A DNA stretch of 64,000 nt from Clostridia bacterium (GCA_017461625.1 JAFTXJ010000018.1:34781-98780); one strand, 5' to 3'; shown: positions 19,022-29,322, counted from the first letter of the stretch. Translations and numbers: made by a program. The notes: generated by a model not told the origin, from the letters alone.

Positions 19022-19983
19022 TTTCTTCTTTTAACCTCCTCATATTTTTCATAAGCCTTGATAATGTCCTGAACAAGGCGATGTCTTACAACGTCTTTCT
19101 CCGTAAAATGGATTGTTTCAATATCATCAATATTTTTAAGGATTTTACTCGCTTCAACCAGACCAGAACGTTTACCGTCAGGTAAGTCAATCTGAGTAAT
19201 ATCGCCTGTAACAACAATTTTAGAATTGAATCCGAGCCTTGTTAAAAACATTTTCATCTGCTCAGGTGTAGTGTTCTGTGCCTCATCAAGGATGATAAAG
19301 CTGTCATCAAGTGTTCTGCCTCGCATATAAGCAAGGGGAGCAACCTCAATATTGCCCCTTTCCTGATAACGCTGAAAATTTTCAGCACCGAGCATATCAA
19401 AAAGTGCATCATAAAGCGGGCGAAGATAAGGGTCAACCTTCTGCTGCAAATCGCCGGGCAAAAAGCCTAACTTTTCACCTGCTTCAACGGCGGGGCGGGT
19501 CAGGATAATTCGATTAATTTCTTTAGCCCTGAAAGCATTAACCGCCATTGCAACGGCAAGATAAGTTTTGCCCGTACCTGCAGGACCAATACCAAAAACA
19601 ATAGTCTTTTCTTTAATTGCGTCAACATACTTTTCCTGACCTAAAGTTTTAGGTTTAACCGGTCTGCCCTTTGAGGTGATACAGATGCAATTGTTTGCCA
19701 TTGCCGAAAGCTTATCTTCGCTGCCCTCCGACACAAGGTTCATAACATATCGAACATTTTGCTCACTTAAGCCTTCACCCTTGTTGATAAGAGTGAGAAG
19801 CCCGTTGATAGCCCTGACAGCCTTCGCCACATTTTCAGCTTCGCCTGTCACTTTTAAGTCGGAGCCTCTGCTGATAACATTAACACCGTATTGACTTTCT
19901 ATGAGCTTAATATTGGCATCAAAGCTGCCAAAAAGAGCCACCGCCTGTTCCATACGGTCAAAATTGATAATCTGTTCAAACAT
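19018..19983 (-). CDS. phoH: PhoH family ATPase
   Basis: GPAGTGKTY Walker A and ILDEAQN. Start at MFEQIINFD (ATG 19983, GGAGG upstream). Confidence 0.93.
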   Translation of the reverse strand: MFEQIINFDRMEQAVALFGSFDANIKLIESQYGVNVISRGSDLKVTGEAENVAKAVRAINGLLTLINKGEGLSEQNVRYVMNLVSEGSEDKLSAMANNCICITSKGRPVKPKTLGQEKYVDAIKEKTIVFGIGPAGTGKTYLAVAMAVNAFRAKEINRIILTRPAVEAGEKLGFLPGDLQQKVDPYLRPLYDALFDMLGAENFQRYQERGNIEVAPLAYMRGRTLDDSFIILDEAQNTTPEQMKMFLTRLGFNSKIVVTGDITQIDLPDGKRSGLVEASKILKNIDDIETIHFTEKDVVRHRLVQDIIKAYEKYEEVKRRK

Positions 19984-20244
19984 ACAAAGCCTCCGATAAA
20001 ATACTAATCCTATTATCTGTTTAATTATATCATATTTTGCATTAAATGTCATTAACAACATCAAATTTAGCCCAAAAAATTAAACAGTTTTTTTAAGGCT
20101 CAGTTTGTGCAATTTGTATATGTGATTTTAAATGTAATGTCTAAAAAGATAAAAATTTGCAAAATTACTCTTTTATTATTTTTAAAAGTATAGTATAATG
20201 AATTGAATTATTGCGAAATCCTTAATCGGAAGGAAGATTTTGTT

Positions 20245-20592
20245 ATGTCAATAAATAAGGTTCGTCTGCGTATTTACGGCTCGGACTATTTCCTTACCAC
20301 AGACGATGATGTGCAGTATATGCGTAATTTAGGCGACGAAGTGGATTTTGTTCTTTCAAGCCTTTTAAGAGAGCATCCACGCCTTTCAATCACTCAGGCA
20401 GCTGTTTTGTGTGCGTTACAAATGGCTGATGAAAAGCACAAAACAGAGCAGACCTCTGCCACTCTCAGAAGTGAAATTCAGGCTTATATGGAGGATGCTT
20501 CAAAAGCAAAAACAGAAGCCGAAATCGCCAAAAGAGAAATTGACCGACTCAACAAAGAAATTAAAGCTTTAAAAAATAAACGTTATGAATAA
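20245..20592 (+). CDS. zapA: Cell division protein ZapA
   Basis: MSINKVRLRIYGSDYFLTTDDD... followed by a C-terminal coiled coil. SD GGAAGGAAG lies upstream of ATG 20245. Confidence 0.75.
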   Translation: MSINKVRLRIYGSDYFLTTDDDVQYMRNLGDEVDFVLSSLLREHPRLSITQAAVLCALQMADEKHKTEQTSATLRSEIQAYMEDASKAKTEAEIAKREIDRLNKEIKALKNKRYE

Positions 20593-22615
20593 TTTTCACG
20601 AAATCCTTGCCCCTGCAGGCTCTCCCGATTCACTGAAAGCCGCCGTTCTTTGCGGTGCAGATGCAGTATATCTCGGTGTTAAAGAGCTTAACGCTCGCCG
20701 CGGAGCAGATAATTTTGATTACTCTGACCTCGAGCAATCAGTTAAATTCTGCCATGCAAGAGGGGTCAAGGTATACCTCACATTAAACACCGTTATCAAT
20801 GACGGTGAAATTAAAACTGCATCAAAAATAATTGAGCGCGCCTGTGCAAGTGGCATAGATGCGCTCATTTTACAGGATTTGGCCGCTGCACAAATTGCAA
20901 AACGGTGTGCTCCCGATATGCCGATTCACGCTTCAACGCAGATGTCGGTTCAGGCCCTTGACGGCATTTGCAAATTAGCCGAGCTTGGCTTTTCAAGAGC
21001 CGTTCTGCCAAGGGAGATGAGCAAAAGTGAAATCGAGTTTTTGTGCAAGCACTCCCCCATTGAGCTTGAAATGTTTATTCACGGTGCGTTGTGTATGTGC
21101 GTATCGGGTCAATGCTATATGAGTGCCGTTTTGGGTTCACGCAGCGGTAACAGAGGTGCCTGTGCTCAGCCCTGCCGTTTGCCCTTCAGTGCAAAAGGAA
21201 CAGGAAGATTTGACCTGAGCCTTAAAGATTTATCTCTCACTGATTATATTAAAGAGCTTTGCGATATGGGCATTGCCTCGTTTAAAATTGAAGGCAGAAT
21301 GAAACGCCCCGAATATGTTGCCGCAGCGGTAACAGCCTGCAAGCAAGCTGTTTCGGGTACGGTTGACCCTGAAATAAAGCAGGATTTACAAAGCATCTTT
21401 TCACGAACGGGCTTCACTGACGGATACTACCAAAACACCCTCGGTAAAGAAATGTTTGGCACACGCAGAAAAGAAGATGTGGTTTCTGCCACACCGATTT
21501 TATCAAAGCTTGAAACACTTTATCAAAAAGAATCGCCCCGATTCCCTGTAGATTTTTATTTCACCGCAATAAACGATGAGCCGGTTTCATTAAGTGCCAA
21601 AAGCGGCGAGAAATCTGTTTTTTGTCAAAGCGATTTCATCCCTCGTGAAGCTATAAACAAGCCCCTTGACGATGCCTCCGTTAAAGAGCAACTATTGAAA
21701 ACAGGCGGAACACAGTTTTATATTGAAAACGTTGAGTGTGAAATTGAAAACAGACTTAATGTTCCTGTTTCGGTAATCAACAAATTAAGAAGAGATACTC
21801 TCACCGAGCTTGAGCAAAATATTATCGGTAGTCACACAAAAGCTTTTGCTCCGAATGATTTTAATATTCCCTCTCATAAATCACAAAGTCCAAAAATCAT
21901 TTGTCGCTTTAAGAATGAAGAATCTATTCCCAATGACCTTACAGGTGTCAGCGAAATAATTCTTCCGTTAAACAATATAAAATCCCGTTTTGATGCAACA
22001 GCACAGTTGCCAAGAGGCATTTTCGGGAACAGTCAAAAAATATACAATAAGCTTGTTGAATTAAAATCAAAAGGTGTCACCTCTGCTTTTGCAGACACTC
22101 TTGACGGCATTGAAATCGCCAAGAAAGCAGGGCTTACGGTAACAGCAGGCTACGGTACAAATATTTTTAATTCCGTTTCACTTGAAGCATATAAAACGCT
22201 CGGTGTTAATAACGCACTTCTCTCCCCTGAGTTGACACTGAATCAAATTAAAAATTTAGGCAGTGAGCTGCCCAGAGGAATTTTTGCTTACGGCAAACTT
22301 CCGCTTATGCTCACAAGAAACTGCCCTGTTAAAAATGTAAAATCCTGCGGTGAATGCAAGCAGACAGGCACCATTACCGACAGAAAAAATACTGTTTTCA
22401 CCATTGACTGTTCAAGCGGAATGAGTGAAATATTAAATTCACGACCTGTTTATATGGCAGACAGATTGAATGAAATTAAAAACACAGATTTTATTTTGCT
22501 TTATTTCACAGACGAATCAAAACAGCAGGCTCAGAATATTATTAAGCAATATCTGTCAGGCGGTAAACCTCAGGGTGAATTTACACGCGGACTTCTTTAC
22601 AGAGGTGTTGAATAA
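20585..22615 (+). CDS. Peptidase U32 family protein (676 aa)
   Basis: U32 signature region LEMFIHGALCMCVSGQCYMS. Confidence 0.88.
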   Translation: MNNFHEILAPAGSPDSLKAAVLCGADAVYLGVKELNARRGADNFDYSDLEQSVKFCHARGVKVYLTLNTVINDGEIKTASKIIERACASGIDALILQDLAAAQIAKRCAPDMPIHASTQMSVQALDGICKLAELGFSRAVLPREMSKSEIEFLCKHSPIELEMFIHGALCMCVSGQCYMSAVLGSRSGNRGACAQPCRLPFSAKGTGRFDLSLKDLSLTDYIKELCDMGIASFKIEGRMKRPEYVAAAVTACKQAVSGTVDPEIKQDLQSIFSRTGFTDGYYQNTLGKEMFGTRRKEDVVSATPILSKLETLYQKESPRFPVDFYFTAINDEPVSLSAKSGEKSVFCQSDFIPREAINKPLDDASVKEQLLKTGGTQFYIENVECEIENRLNVPVSVINKLRRDTLTELEQNIIGSHTKAFAPNDFNIPSHKSQSPKIICRFKNEESIPNDLTGVSEIILPLNNIKSRFDATAQLPRGIFGNSQKIYNKLVELKSKGVTSAFADTLDGIEIAKKAGLTVTAGYGTNIFNSVSLEAYKTLGVNNALLSPELTLNQIKNLGSELPRGIFAYGKLPLMLTRNCPVKNVKSCGECKQTGTITDRKNTVFTIDCSSGMSEILNSRPVYMADRLNEIKNTDFILLYFTDESKQQAQNIIKQYLSGGKPQGEFTRGLLYRGVE

Positions 22616-23688
22616 TGATAAAAAAATTACAAAAATCACTCCCCCGTTCCTGTGACGGAATTCTTATAACAAGCGAAGAAAACCGACGTTATTTTACAGG
22701 CTTTCACGCTTCTAACGGCATATTGATTGTTACTCATAACGATGCACTGTTTTTAACCGACAGCCGTTATATTGAGGCGGCACAAAATAAAATAACTCTT
22801 TGCCCTGTTATGGAAATGAAGAAAATTAAGGAGCAGATACCTGAAATTTTCAAGCTTCTTAAGCTCAACAAAAAACTTTTCCCGAAGCTGCTCGTGGAAA
22901 GTGACAAGTTGAAAGTCAGCGATCTTAAATATTTCCGTCAGATTTTTAAACCTGCAATGCTTTCAACCGTAGGCGGCGATAAGATAATCAACTCCCTCAG
23001 AGAAATAAAAACCAAAACTGAGCTTGATTTAATAATCAAAGCTCAACGCATTGCAGAGAAAGCCTTTGAAAATGTGCTGAATTTCATTCGCCCCGGTGTA
23101 AGTGAAAAAGATATTGCTCTTGAGCTTGATTTTTATATGCTCAAAAACGGTGCAGAATCGCTTTCATTTGAAACCATCGCGGTAAGCGGTAAAAAGTCAT
23201 CAATGCCTCACGGTGTGCCTGACGGAAAGCTTATTGAAAAAGGTGATTTTATCACAATGGACTTCGGTGCCGTTGTTGACGGCTATCACAGCGATATGAC
23301 ACGCACCGTTTGCGTTGGAGAACCGAGCGACAAACAGCGTGAAATTTATAACATTGTTCTTTCTGCACAGGAAAACGCTCTTAAAACAATAAAAGCAGGC
23401 ATCACCGCCAAGGATGCCGACTCCGCAGCTCGTGACATTATAAAAGAAGCCGGCTATGGTGAATTTTATCGTCACGCTACAGGTCACGGAGTGGGAGTCG
23501 AAATCCACGAAGGTCCTGTTGTGGCAGGTAACCCTAAAATAATACTCAGAGAAGGAAATGTTGTTACCGTTGAACCCGGAATTTATATCCCTGACGAGTT
23601 CGGTGTGAGAATTGAGGATATGGTTTATGTAACAGCTGATGGCTGTATCAACCTGACTGAATCACCAAAAAATTTAATAATATGTTAA
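22615..23688 (+). CDS. M24 family Xaa-Pro aminopeptidase
   Basis: Metal-ligand contexts MDFGAVVDGYHSDMTRT, HATGHGVGVEIHE and VEPGIY...RIED. Confidence 0.9.
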   Translation: MIKKLQKSLPRSCDGILITSEENRRYFTGFHASNGILIVTHNDALFLTDSRYIEAAQNKITLCPVMEMKKIKEQIPEIFKLLKLNKKLFPKLLVESDKLKVSDLKYFRQIFKPAMLSTVGGDKIINSLREIKTKTELDLIIKAQRIAEKAFENVLNFIRPGVSEKDIALELDFYMLKNGAESLSFETIAVSGKKSSMPHGVPDGKLIEKGDFITMDFGAVVDGYHSDMTRTVCVGEPSDKQREIYNIVLSAQENALKTIKAGITAKDADSAARDIIKEAGYGEFYRHATGHGVGVEIHEGPVVAGNPKIILREGNVVTVEPGIYIPDEFGVRIEDMVYVTADGCINLTESPKNLIIC

Positions 23689-23761
23689 ATTTTAAATATT
23701 TATTTGAATTACAGTATTGTTTATGGTAAAATAAAATGAATTTTATTAAGGAGGTATTCCT

Positions 23762-25378
23762 TTGGCTGAAGATACAAACAAAAAGTCAGGTTTGGATGAA
23801 AACACCGAACCTGCAAACAAAGATTGGGAATGGGATGCAAAAACTCCCGATGCACCTATTGATGCAGTAGACCTTTCACAGCTTGACATTCCTCAGGCTG
23901 CTGAAAAAGATGAAGAAATTTCCGTTGAAGAAGAAGCTGTTCCCGCAACGAGCGAACCGGGCTGTTGCATCATCTGTGGTGAAAAGTTAAAAAACAGCCC
24001 CAGTGAGCTTTACTGCAACGTTTGCCGTGAAAAATTTTTAAAAGTTAATTACGGTGCAAGCCACATCATTCTTTCAATTGTTATGATGTTTGTTGCAGTT
24101 ATAGGCATCGTTGCTTTTTCCGCAACAAGTCAGATCACTAAAAACATTTCAGACGGTGAAGATCATTTAAAAAACAACCACATAGCAAGAGCACTTGACA
24201 GCTTCAATGCTGTTGATTCTACCGCTAACACTCTTAACAGTGGCTTCAACGCCTTTATTAAGGGCATAAGCACCAACTTCGGTGAAGTTAATGTTTTTGA
24301 TGCAGGAACAGCTGCTAATAAAAAAATCGCCGAGATAATGGTAAAATCCATGACCTCTGCTTATGAAGACCGTGAAGCATTTATGGCTCTTGTTGAAAGC
24401 TCCTTTACCGAAAAAGAGCTTAACAGTGAAAAATACGCTGACATCAAAGAATGCTATGATTTTTGTAAATCCATGGATACCACAGCTAATGCGATTTACG
24501 AAGAATGGTATGCTATGCTTAACGAACGCTTAAGTGCATTTGATGAAAACGGTGTTATAACATCTGACGGCAGTGTACCCACAATTGATGACATCATCGC
24601 TTACCTGGACAGCTATGCTGCCAAAAATCCTGATGCTGAGCCCAGCACAATTGATTATTACAAAGTTATGACCGTTTACTATGAATACGCATCCTTCGGC
24701 ACGGTTGAAGCATCTGAAATGATGGGTCACCTTAACAATGCTTACACCAAGGCAGGTAAGTTTGGCTATTTTTACAGCGACTATTACCTCAGCTTTGCAT
24801 GGGAATGTGAAGATTACGATGCATTAATAAAAGTTGCAAACGAGATTCTTGAAGTTAACCCCGCAAACGAAGGGGCATACTTCTATCTGACCAAGGCACA
24901 TAGTCAACTTAAAGAATGGGACAAGGCATCCGGCATTTGTGAAGAGCTTCTCAAATATAACCCTGACAGCCTTGATTATTACACCCTTAAAGCCGAGGTT
25001 CTTCGCCGCACAGGCAAATTCAGCGAAGCTGTTGACGTTTGCAAAAAGGGACTCAAAGCAGGTGAAGATTCCGAGCTTTACAGGCAGGAATCAATTGCTT
25101 ATATGCTCAATGAAGAAAAAGACAAGGCACTTGAAATTGCAAAATCCGCGTATGAATCAGCTTATGCCGCCTCTTACACAGGCGGAACAATTTCGCTTGA
25201 GGTGCTTAACACAACTGCACTCATCAGCTACCTTTGCGATGAAGAAAAGACTTTGTATAATGAAATTATTGAAATGCTTGAAACCGAAGGCTACGAGCTT
25301 GAAGACTCTGTTAAAAGTGTAATCAAGGGTGACACCACCTTTGAAGATTTGTTCACTACAGGAAAGGGGGATATATAA
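23762..25378 (+). CDS. Membrane-anchored zinc-ribbon/TPR repeat protein
   Basis: TTG start 7 nt after GGAGG. Contains CCIICGEKL...CNVC, one TM segment and a C-terminal TPR-like helical repeat region. Confidence 0.6.
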   Translation: MAEDTNKKSGLDENTEPANKDWEWDAKTPDAPIDAVDLSQLDIPQAAEKDEEISVEEEAVPATSEPGCCIICGEKLKNSPSELYCNVCREKFLKVNYGASHIILSIVMMFVAVIGIVAFSATSQITKNISDGEDHLKNNHIARALDSFNAVDSTANTLNSGFNAFIKGISTNFGEVNVFDAGTAANKKIAEIMVKSMTSAYEDREAFMALVESSFTEKELNSEKYADIKECYDFCKSMDTTANAIYEEWYAMLNERLSAFDENGVITSDGSVPTIDDIIAYLDSYAAKNPDAEPSTIDYYKVMTVYYEYASFGTVEASEMMGHLNNAYTKAGKFGYFYSDYYLSFAWECEDYDALIKVANEILEVNPANEGAYFYLTKAHSQLKEWDKASGICEELLKYNPDSLDYYTLKAEVLRRTGKFSEAVDVCKKGLKAGEDSELYRQESIAYMLNEEKDKALEIAKSAYESAYAASYTGGTISLEVLNTTALISYLCDEEKTLYNEIIEMLETEGYELEDSVKSVIKGDTTFEDLFTTGKGDI

Positions 25379-25990
25379 ATGAAAATTCTTTATCTCATCT
25401 CTAAATATATCACCCTTCCGGGTGCTGTTGTTAAAGGCTTGTGGGAACATATTACCTGCGGAGCACTTAAGGTTCTTGTTGAAGACGGCAGATACCTTCA
25501 GGCAAACGAGCTTTGCGGCCATGTTGATCACGAGCTCACAAGCTCCAAGGCAAAAACATTTCTTTTAAGCTTTATCCCCACCCTCATCAACGGATTGCTT
25601 GCATTCTTCCTCGGCGGTGCAGGATTTATGGGATTATTTATGTTAAAGGTTGTTCCTCCCGCACCGGCAGAAGGTTCAGCTTCACAGCCAATCGCATTCT
25701 GGCTTTACATTGTTCTGTTTTATCTCGGTGTTTCATTTTTCTGCAATATGTTCCCTCTTTTTGAAGATGCACTTAACAACTGGGGACTTATTTATCAGTC
25801 AAAATTAACTGATGAGCAGAAGCAGACAAACGAAAGAATCAAAGCCGAAAAGGCATATGAAAAAGAAGCTAAAAAGCTTGCAAAAGCCAACGGACAGAAA
25901 TCTCCTGAAAAGAAAAGGATGCAGATGCACCCTCAATTGCAAAAGAAACAAATATCTTTACAAAAATTCTTCTTTTCATTCCGTCAGTAA
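25379..25990 (+). CDS. Hypothetical multi-pass membrane protein (3' end probably frameshifted; see findings)
   Basis: 203 aa with hydrophobic segments and a Lys/Glu-rich linker. The adjacent frame (25909-26079) encodes a further TM helix. Confidence 0.55.
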   Translation: MKILYLISKYITLPGAVVKGLWEHITCGALKVLVEDGRYLQANELCGHVDHELTSSKAKTFLLSFIPTLINGLLAFFLGGAGFMGLFMLKVVPPAPAEGSASQPIAFWLYIVLFYLGVSFFCNMFPLFEDALNNWGLIYQSKLTDEQKQTNERIKAEKAYEKEAKKLAKANGQKSPEKKRMQMHPQLQKKQISLQKFFFSFRQ

Positions 25991-26088
25991 TTATGCTCGT
26001 GGGCTCAATCCTTGAAAAGCACGGTTTAACATTTATCATCAGCATTGCGGTAACTGTTTTGGCTCTGCTTTTCTCATAAAACAACATT

Positions 26089-26126
26089 AATCTCCGTTTG
26101 AGTTATTCAAGCGGAGATTTTTCTTT
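26089..26126 (+). terminator. Rho-independent terminator
   Basis: 13-bp stem AATCTCCGTTTGA / TCAAGCGGAGATT, 5-nt loop, then TTTCTTT. Confidence 0.85.
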
Positions 26127-26171
26127 CAGAGAGCGATTGTGCTTACACTCCCTCAACCTTTTTCTACACAA

Positions 26172-26212
26172 AAATCCGACTCCCTTATACACAAGTGAGT
26201 CGGATTTATTTT
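26172..26212 (-). terminator. Rho-independent terminator after metY (usable in both directions)
   Basis: AAATCCGACTC...GAGTCGGATTT (11 bp) with T-rich flanks on both strands. Confidence 0.8.
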
Positions 26213-26219
26213 GCAATTA

Positions 26220-27503
26220 TTATTTCTGTGATTCTTCCAATGCCTGCTTAATATCCTCGAGGATATCGTCGATATGCTCAATACCGACTGAAAGGCGGAT
26301 AAGGTCTGACTTAACTCCGCACTCTTCAAGCTGAGCATCGGTAAGCTGGCGGTGAGTTGTGCTTGCAGGGTGCAATGCACAGGTACGGCAGTCTGCAACG
26401 TGAGTTACAACAGATGCAAGCTTAAGGCTGTCAAGGAATTTTGTAGCAGCCTCTCTGCCACCCTTAACACCAAATGAAATTACACCGCTTGTGCCGTTTG
26501 GCATATATTTCTTTGCAATGTCATACTGAGCATCGCCTTCAAGACCCGGGTATTTAACCCAAGAAACATTTTCACTGTCTTTGAGCATTTTTGCAACTGC
26601 AAGAGCGTTTTCACAATGCCTTTCAACTCTCAACGGAAGTGTTTCAAGACCGAGATTAAGAAGGAATGCATTCTGTGGTGCAGGGATTGAGCCAAGGTCT
26701 CTCATTAACTGAACAACAGCCTTTGTGATATATGCGCCCTTGCCGAAGCGCTCTGTGTAAGTGATGCCGTGATAGCTGTCATCGGGAGTGGTAAGACCGG
26801 GGAATTTGTCGTTCTGAGTCCAGTCGAAGTTACCGCTGTCAACTATAACACCGCCAACCTGAGTTGCATGACCGTCCATATATTTAGTGGTTGAATGTGT
26901 TACAATATCTGCACCAAATTCAAAAGGACGGCAGTTAACGGGAGTTGGGAAAGTGTTATCCACAATAAGAGGCACACCGTGAGCGTGAGAAACCTTTGCA
27001 AAAAGCTCAATATCAAGTACTTCAAGTGAGGGGTTTGAAAGAGTTTCTGCAAAAACGAGCTTTGTGTTATCTTTAAATGCAGCGTTGAGCTCTTCCTCTG
27101 TAGCGTGAGGGCTGACAAAAGTAAAATCAATGCCCAATTTTTTCATTGTAACTGAGAAAAGGTTGAATGTTCCGCCGTAAATCGCAGCGGAAGCAACAAC
27201 ATGATCACCTGCTGAGCAGATGTTAAAAACTGAATAAAAGCTTGCAGCTTGACCTGATGAAGTGAGCACTGCGGCAACACCGCCCTCAAGGGCAGCAATC
27301 TTTGCAGCAACTGCATCGTTGGTAGGGTTCTGCAATCTTGTGTAGAAATAGCCCGAAGCCTCAAGGTCAAAGAGCTTGCCCATTTCTTCGCTGGAATCAT
27401 ATTTATATGTGGTGCTCTGATAAATAGGAAGCACTCTGGGTTCACCATTTTTGGGAGTATAGCCTGCATGGAGGCAGTTTGTGTTTATACGGTATTTGCT
27501 CAT
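26220..27503 (-). CDS. metY: O-acetylhomoserine sulfhydrylase-type PLP enzyme (MetY/CysD family)
   Basis: 427 aa with PLP-Lys context THSTTKYMDGH and Cys/Met-metabolism PLP family features throughout. Confidence 0.9.
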   Translation of the reverse strand: MSKYRINTNCLHAGYTPKNGEPRVLPIYQSTTYKYDSSEEMGKLFDLEASGYFYTRLQNPTNDAVAAKIAALEGGVAAVLTSSGQAASFYSVFNICSAGDHVVASAAIYGGTFNLFSVTMKKLGIDFTFVSPHATEEELNAAFKDNTKLVFAETLSNPSLEVLDIELFAKVSHAHGVPLIVDNTFPTPVNCRPFEFGADIVTHSTTKYMDGHATQVGGVIVDSGNFDWTQNDKFPGLTTPDDSYHGITYTERFGKGAYITKAVVQLMRDLGSIPAPQNAFLLNLGLETLPLRVERHCENALAVAKMLKDSENVSWVKYPGLEGDAQYDIAKKYMPNGTSGVISFGVKGGREAATKFLDSLKLASVVTHVADCRTCALHPASTTHRQLTDAQLEECGVKSDLIRLSVGIEHIDDILEDIKQALEESQK

Positions 27504-27505
27504 TT

Positions 27506-28723
27506 TTATATCTCCTTAATAAATTTATTCATAAGCTCATAGCCTGCATCAATGTAAATACCTGTTGCTTTGGCTGTTTCTTCATTAATTGAAGCAACAC
27601 CACTGTCTTTTTCTTTTGATTTTTGATAAATCATATAAGGCACAGGGTCAGATGCGTGGGTTTTGGTGCTCAAAGGTGTGGGATGATCGGGAAGAATCAT
27701 GATTTTGTAATCCTCACCGATTTCTTCAAGCCCTTTTAAAATAATGGGAAGAACACGGGTATCAATATACTCAATAGACTTAACTTTATTTTCAGGCTCA
27801 AAGCGGTGACCGCATTCATCAGGCGCTTCAAGATGAACATAAGCAAAATCGCAATCACTCTTGAGTGCTTTAACTGCAGCCTCTGCCTTACCTTCAAAGT
27901 TTGTGTCTATGTAACCTGTTGCACCTTCAACATCAGGGGTCTGCATATCCGCTGCCTGACCGATACCTTTAAGCAGGTCAACGGCAGAAATAACAGTGCC
28001 CTTAACGCCATACAGCTCTTCAAAGGGAGTAAGCATAGGCTTTGTGCCCTCGCCCCAGAACCAAACAGAATTTGCAGGACGCTTGCCCTTTGCAATACGA
28101 GCTTTGTTAACAGGGTGGTCTTTAAGAACATCATAGCTCTTTTTCATTATGTCAATAAGCTTTTTCGCATTTTCACTTTTTGAAAGGTAGGGTCCAACCA
28201 CCTTGTCAGAAATATCGTGAGGGGGTGTCATTGTGCCAAGGTCCGTTGTTCCCTTGTGATGAATAAGGCAATGGCGATAGCTCACACCGCTGTAAAAATC
28301 AAACTCTCCGCCGCCAAAAACAGACTGAACTGTTTCAATAATCTGTGCAGCTTCTTCACTTGAAATATCACCTGCTGAATAATCAACCATTGTTTTGTCA
28401 TCATAGTTTTCTTCATCAGACACGGTAACAAGATTGCAACGAAGTGCAATATCATCGTCAGCCATTTTAACACCGATGCTGATAGCCTCCAAGGGTGAAC
28501 GACCTGTGTAATATATCTTGGGGTCATAGCCCATAACGGTGAGATTACCGATTTCACTACCGGGTTTTAATCCCTCACCGATTGTGCGAACAAGACCAAC
28601 CTCGCCCTTTGATGCCATTCGGTCAAAAATCGGCTTATTTGCCACCATCATAGGTGTTTTTCCGCCAAGAACATCAATCGGGTAGTCTGCCATTCCGTCA
28701 TATAAAACTACTACGTATTTCAT
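27506..28723 (-). CDS. Cofactor-independent phosphoglycerate mutase-like protein (ApgM family; the 'proposed homoserine kinase' clade)
   Basis: MKYVVVLYDGMADYP..., metalloenzyme motifs HLEAPDECGH and PDHPTP. Start at ATG 28723 with GGAGG upstream. Confidence 0.8.
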   Translation of the reverse strand: MKYVVVLYDGMADYPIDVLGGKTPMMVANKPIFDRMASKGEVGLVRTIGEGLKPGSEIGNLTVMGYDPKIYYTGRSPLEAISIGVKMADDDIALRCNLVTVSDEENYDDKTMVDYSAGDISSEEAAQIIETVQSVFGGGEFDFYSGVSYRHCLIHHKGTTDLGTMTPPHDISDKVVGPYLSKSENAKKLIDIMKKSYDVLKDHPVNKARIAKGKRPANSVWFWGEGTKPMLTPFEELYGVKGTVISAVDLLKGIGQAADMQTPDVEGATGYIDTNFEGKAEAAVKALKSDCDFAYVHLEAPDECGHRFEPENKVKSIEYIDTRVLPIILKGLEEIGEDYKIMILPDHPTPLSTKTHASDPVPYMIYQKSKEKDSGVASINEETAKATGIYIDAGYELMNKFIKEI

Positions 28724-28764
28724 TGTTTCGCCTCCGTAGATAAAATCAAAAAATAATTCATTAT

Positions 28765-28793
28765 ATTTTATCACGAACAAATAGAAATTTCAA
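28765..28793 (-). promoter_or_regulatory. Putative promoter of the apgM-like/metY operon
   Basis: On the minus strand: TTGAAA, 17 nt, TAAAAT. Confidence 0.45.
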
Positions 28794-28866
28794 CACCATA
28801 AATCACTATTGAAAAAAATCTCATAATATGATATTATTTCCCTTGTTGAAACATTGGAGTGACAGT

Positions 28867-29244
28867 ATGATAAAAGCTTATTTTGAAATGTTTGAAAGGG
28901 ACAGAGATTTTTCTACCCGACAGACAAAAGAAGATTTTTGGCGCAGTGCCTGCATAGATATTATTATCTGGTCTGTGCTCGCAATTCTTGCAATAATTTT
29001 TAAAGATATGATTATTTTCTGGGTAATCGTGGCAACACTTTATCTGTTAACCACATTTTCGGCAAGGCTTGCTTTATGGTTCAGAAGAATGCACGACACC
29101 GGCATCAGAGGAACATTTTCATTTGCTATTCTCATCCCCGTTCTCGGTGTGCTTGCATTACTCTTTATCTTTATGTCAGATTCACAGCCTAAAAATAATG
29201 TTTACGGAGAATATGTAAAGCCTCCGAAAAAAACAAAAAAATAA
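28867..29244 (+). CDS. DUF805 family inner-membrane protein
   Basis: WFRRMHDTGIRG motif and 3-4 TM segments. ATG 28867 is preceded by GGAGTG. Confidence 0.8.
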   Translation: MIKAYFEMFERDRDFSTRQTKEDFWRSACIDIIIWSVLAILAIIFKDMIIFWVIVATLYLLTTFSARLALWFRRMHDTGIRGTFSFAILIPVLGVLALLFIFMSDSQPKNNVYGEYVKPPKKTKK

Positions 29245-29245
29245 T

Positions 29246-29322
29246 CCGCCCGTAGCACAGTTGGATAGTGCGTCAGACTCCGATTCTGAAGGCCGGGGGT
29301 TCGAATCCCTTCGGGCGGGCCA
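29246..29322 (+). tRNA. tRNA-Arg (anticodon CCG)
   Basis: Hand-folded cloverleaf. Acceptor CCGCCCG/CGGGCGG; D arm GCAC-AGTTGGATA-GTGC; anticodon arm TCAGA-CTCCGAT-TCTGA; T arm GGGGG-TTCGAAT-CCCTT; encoded GCCA 3' end. Confidence 0.88.

Noticed and set aside
28724-28866. A SAM riboswitch or Met T-box upstream of the apgM-like/metY operon.
   Set aside because: The divergent spacer is only about 140 nt and AT-rich, and holds two promoters. There is no room or sequence for either element.
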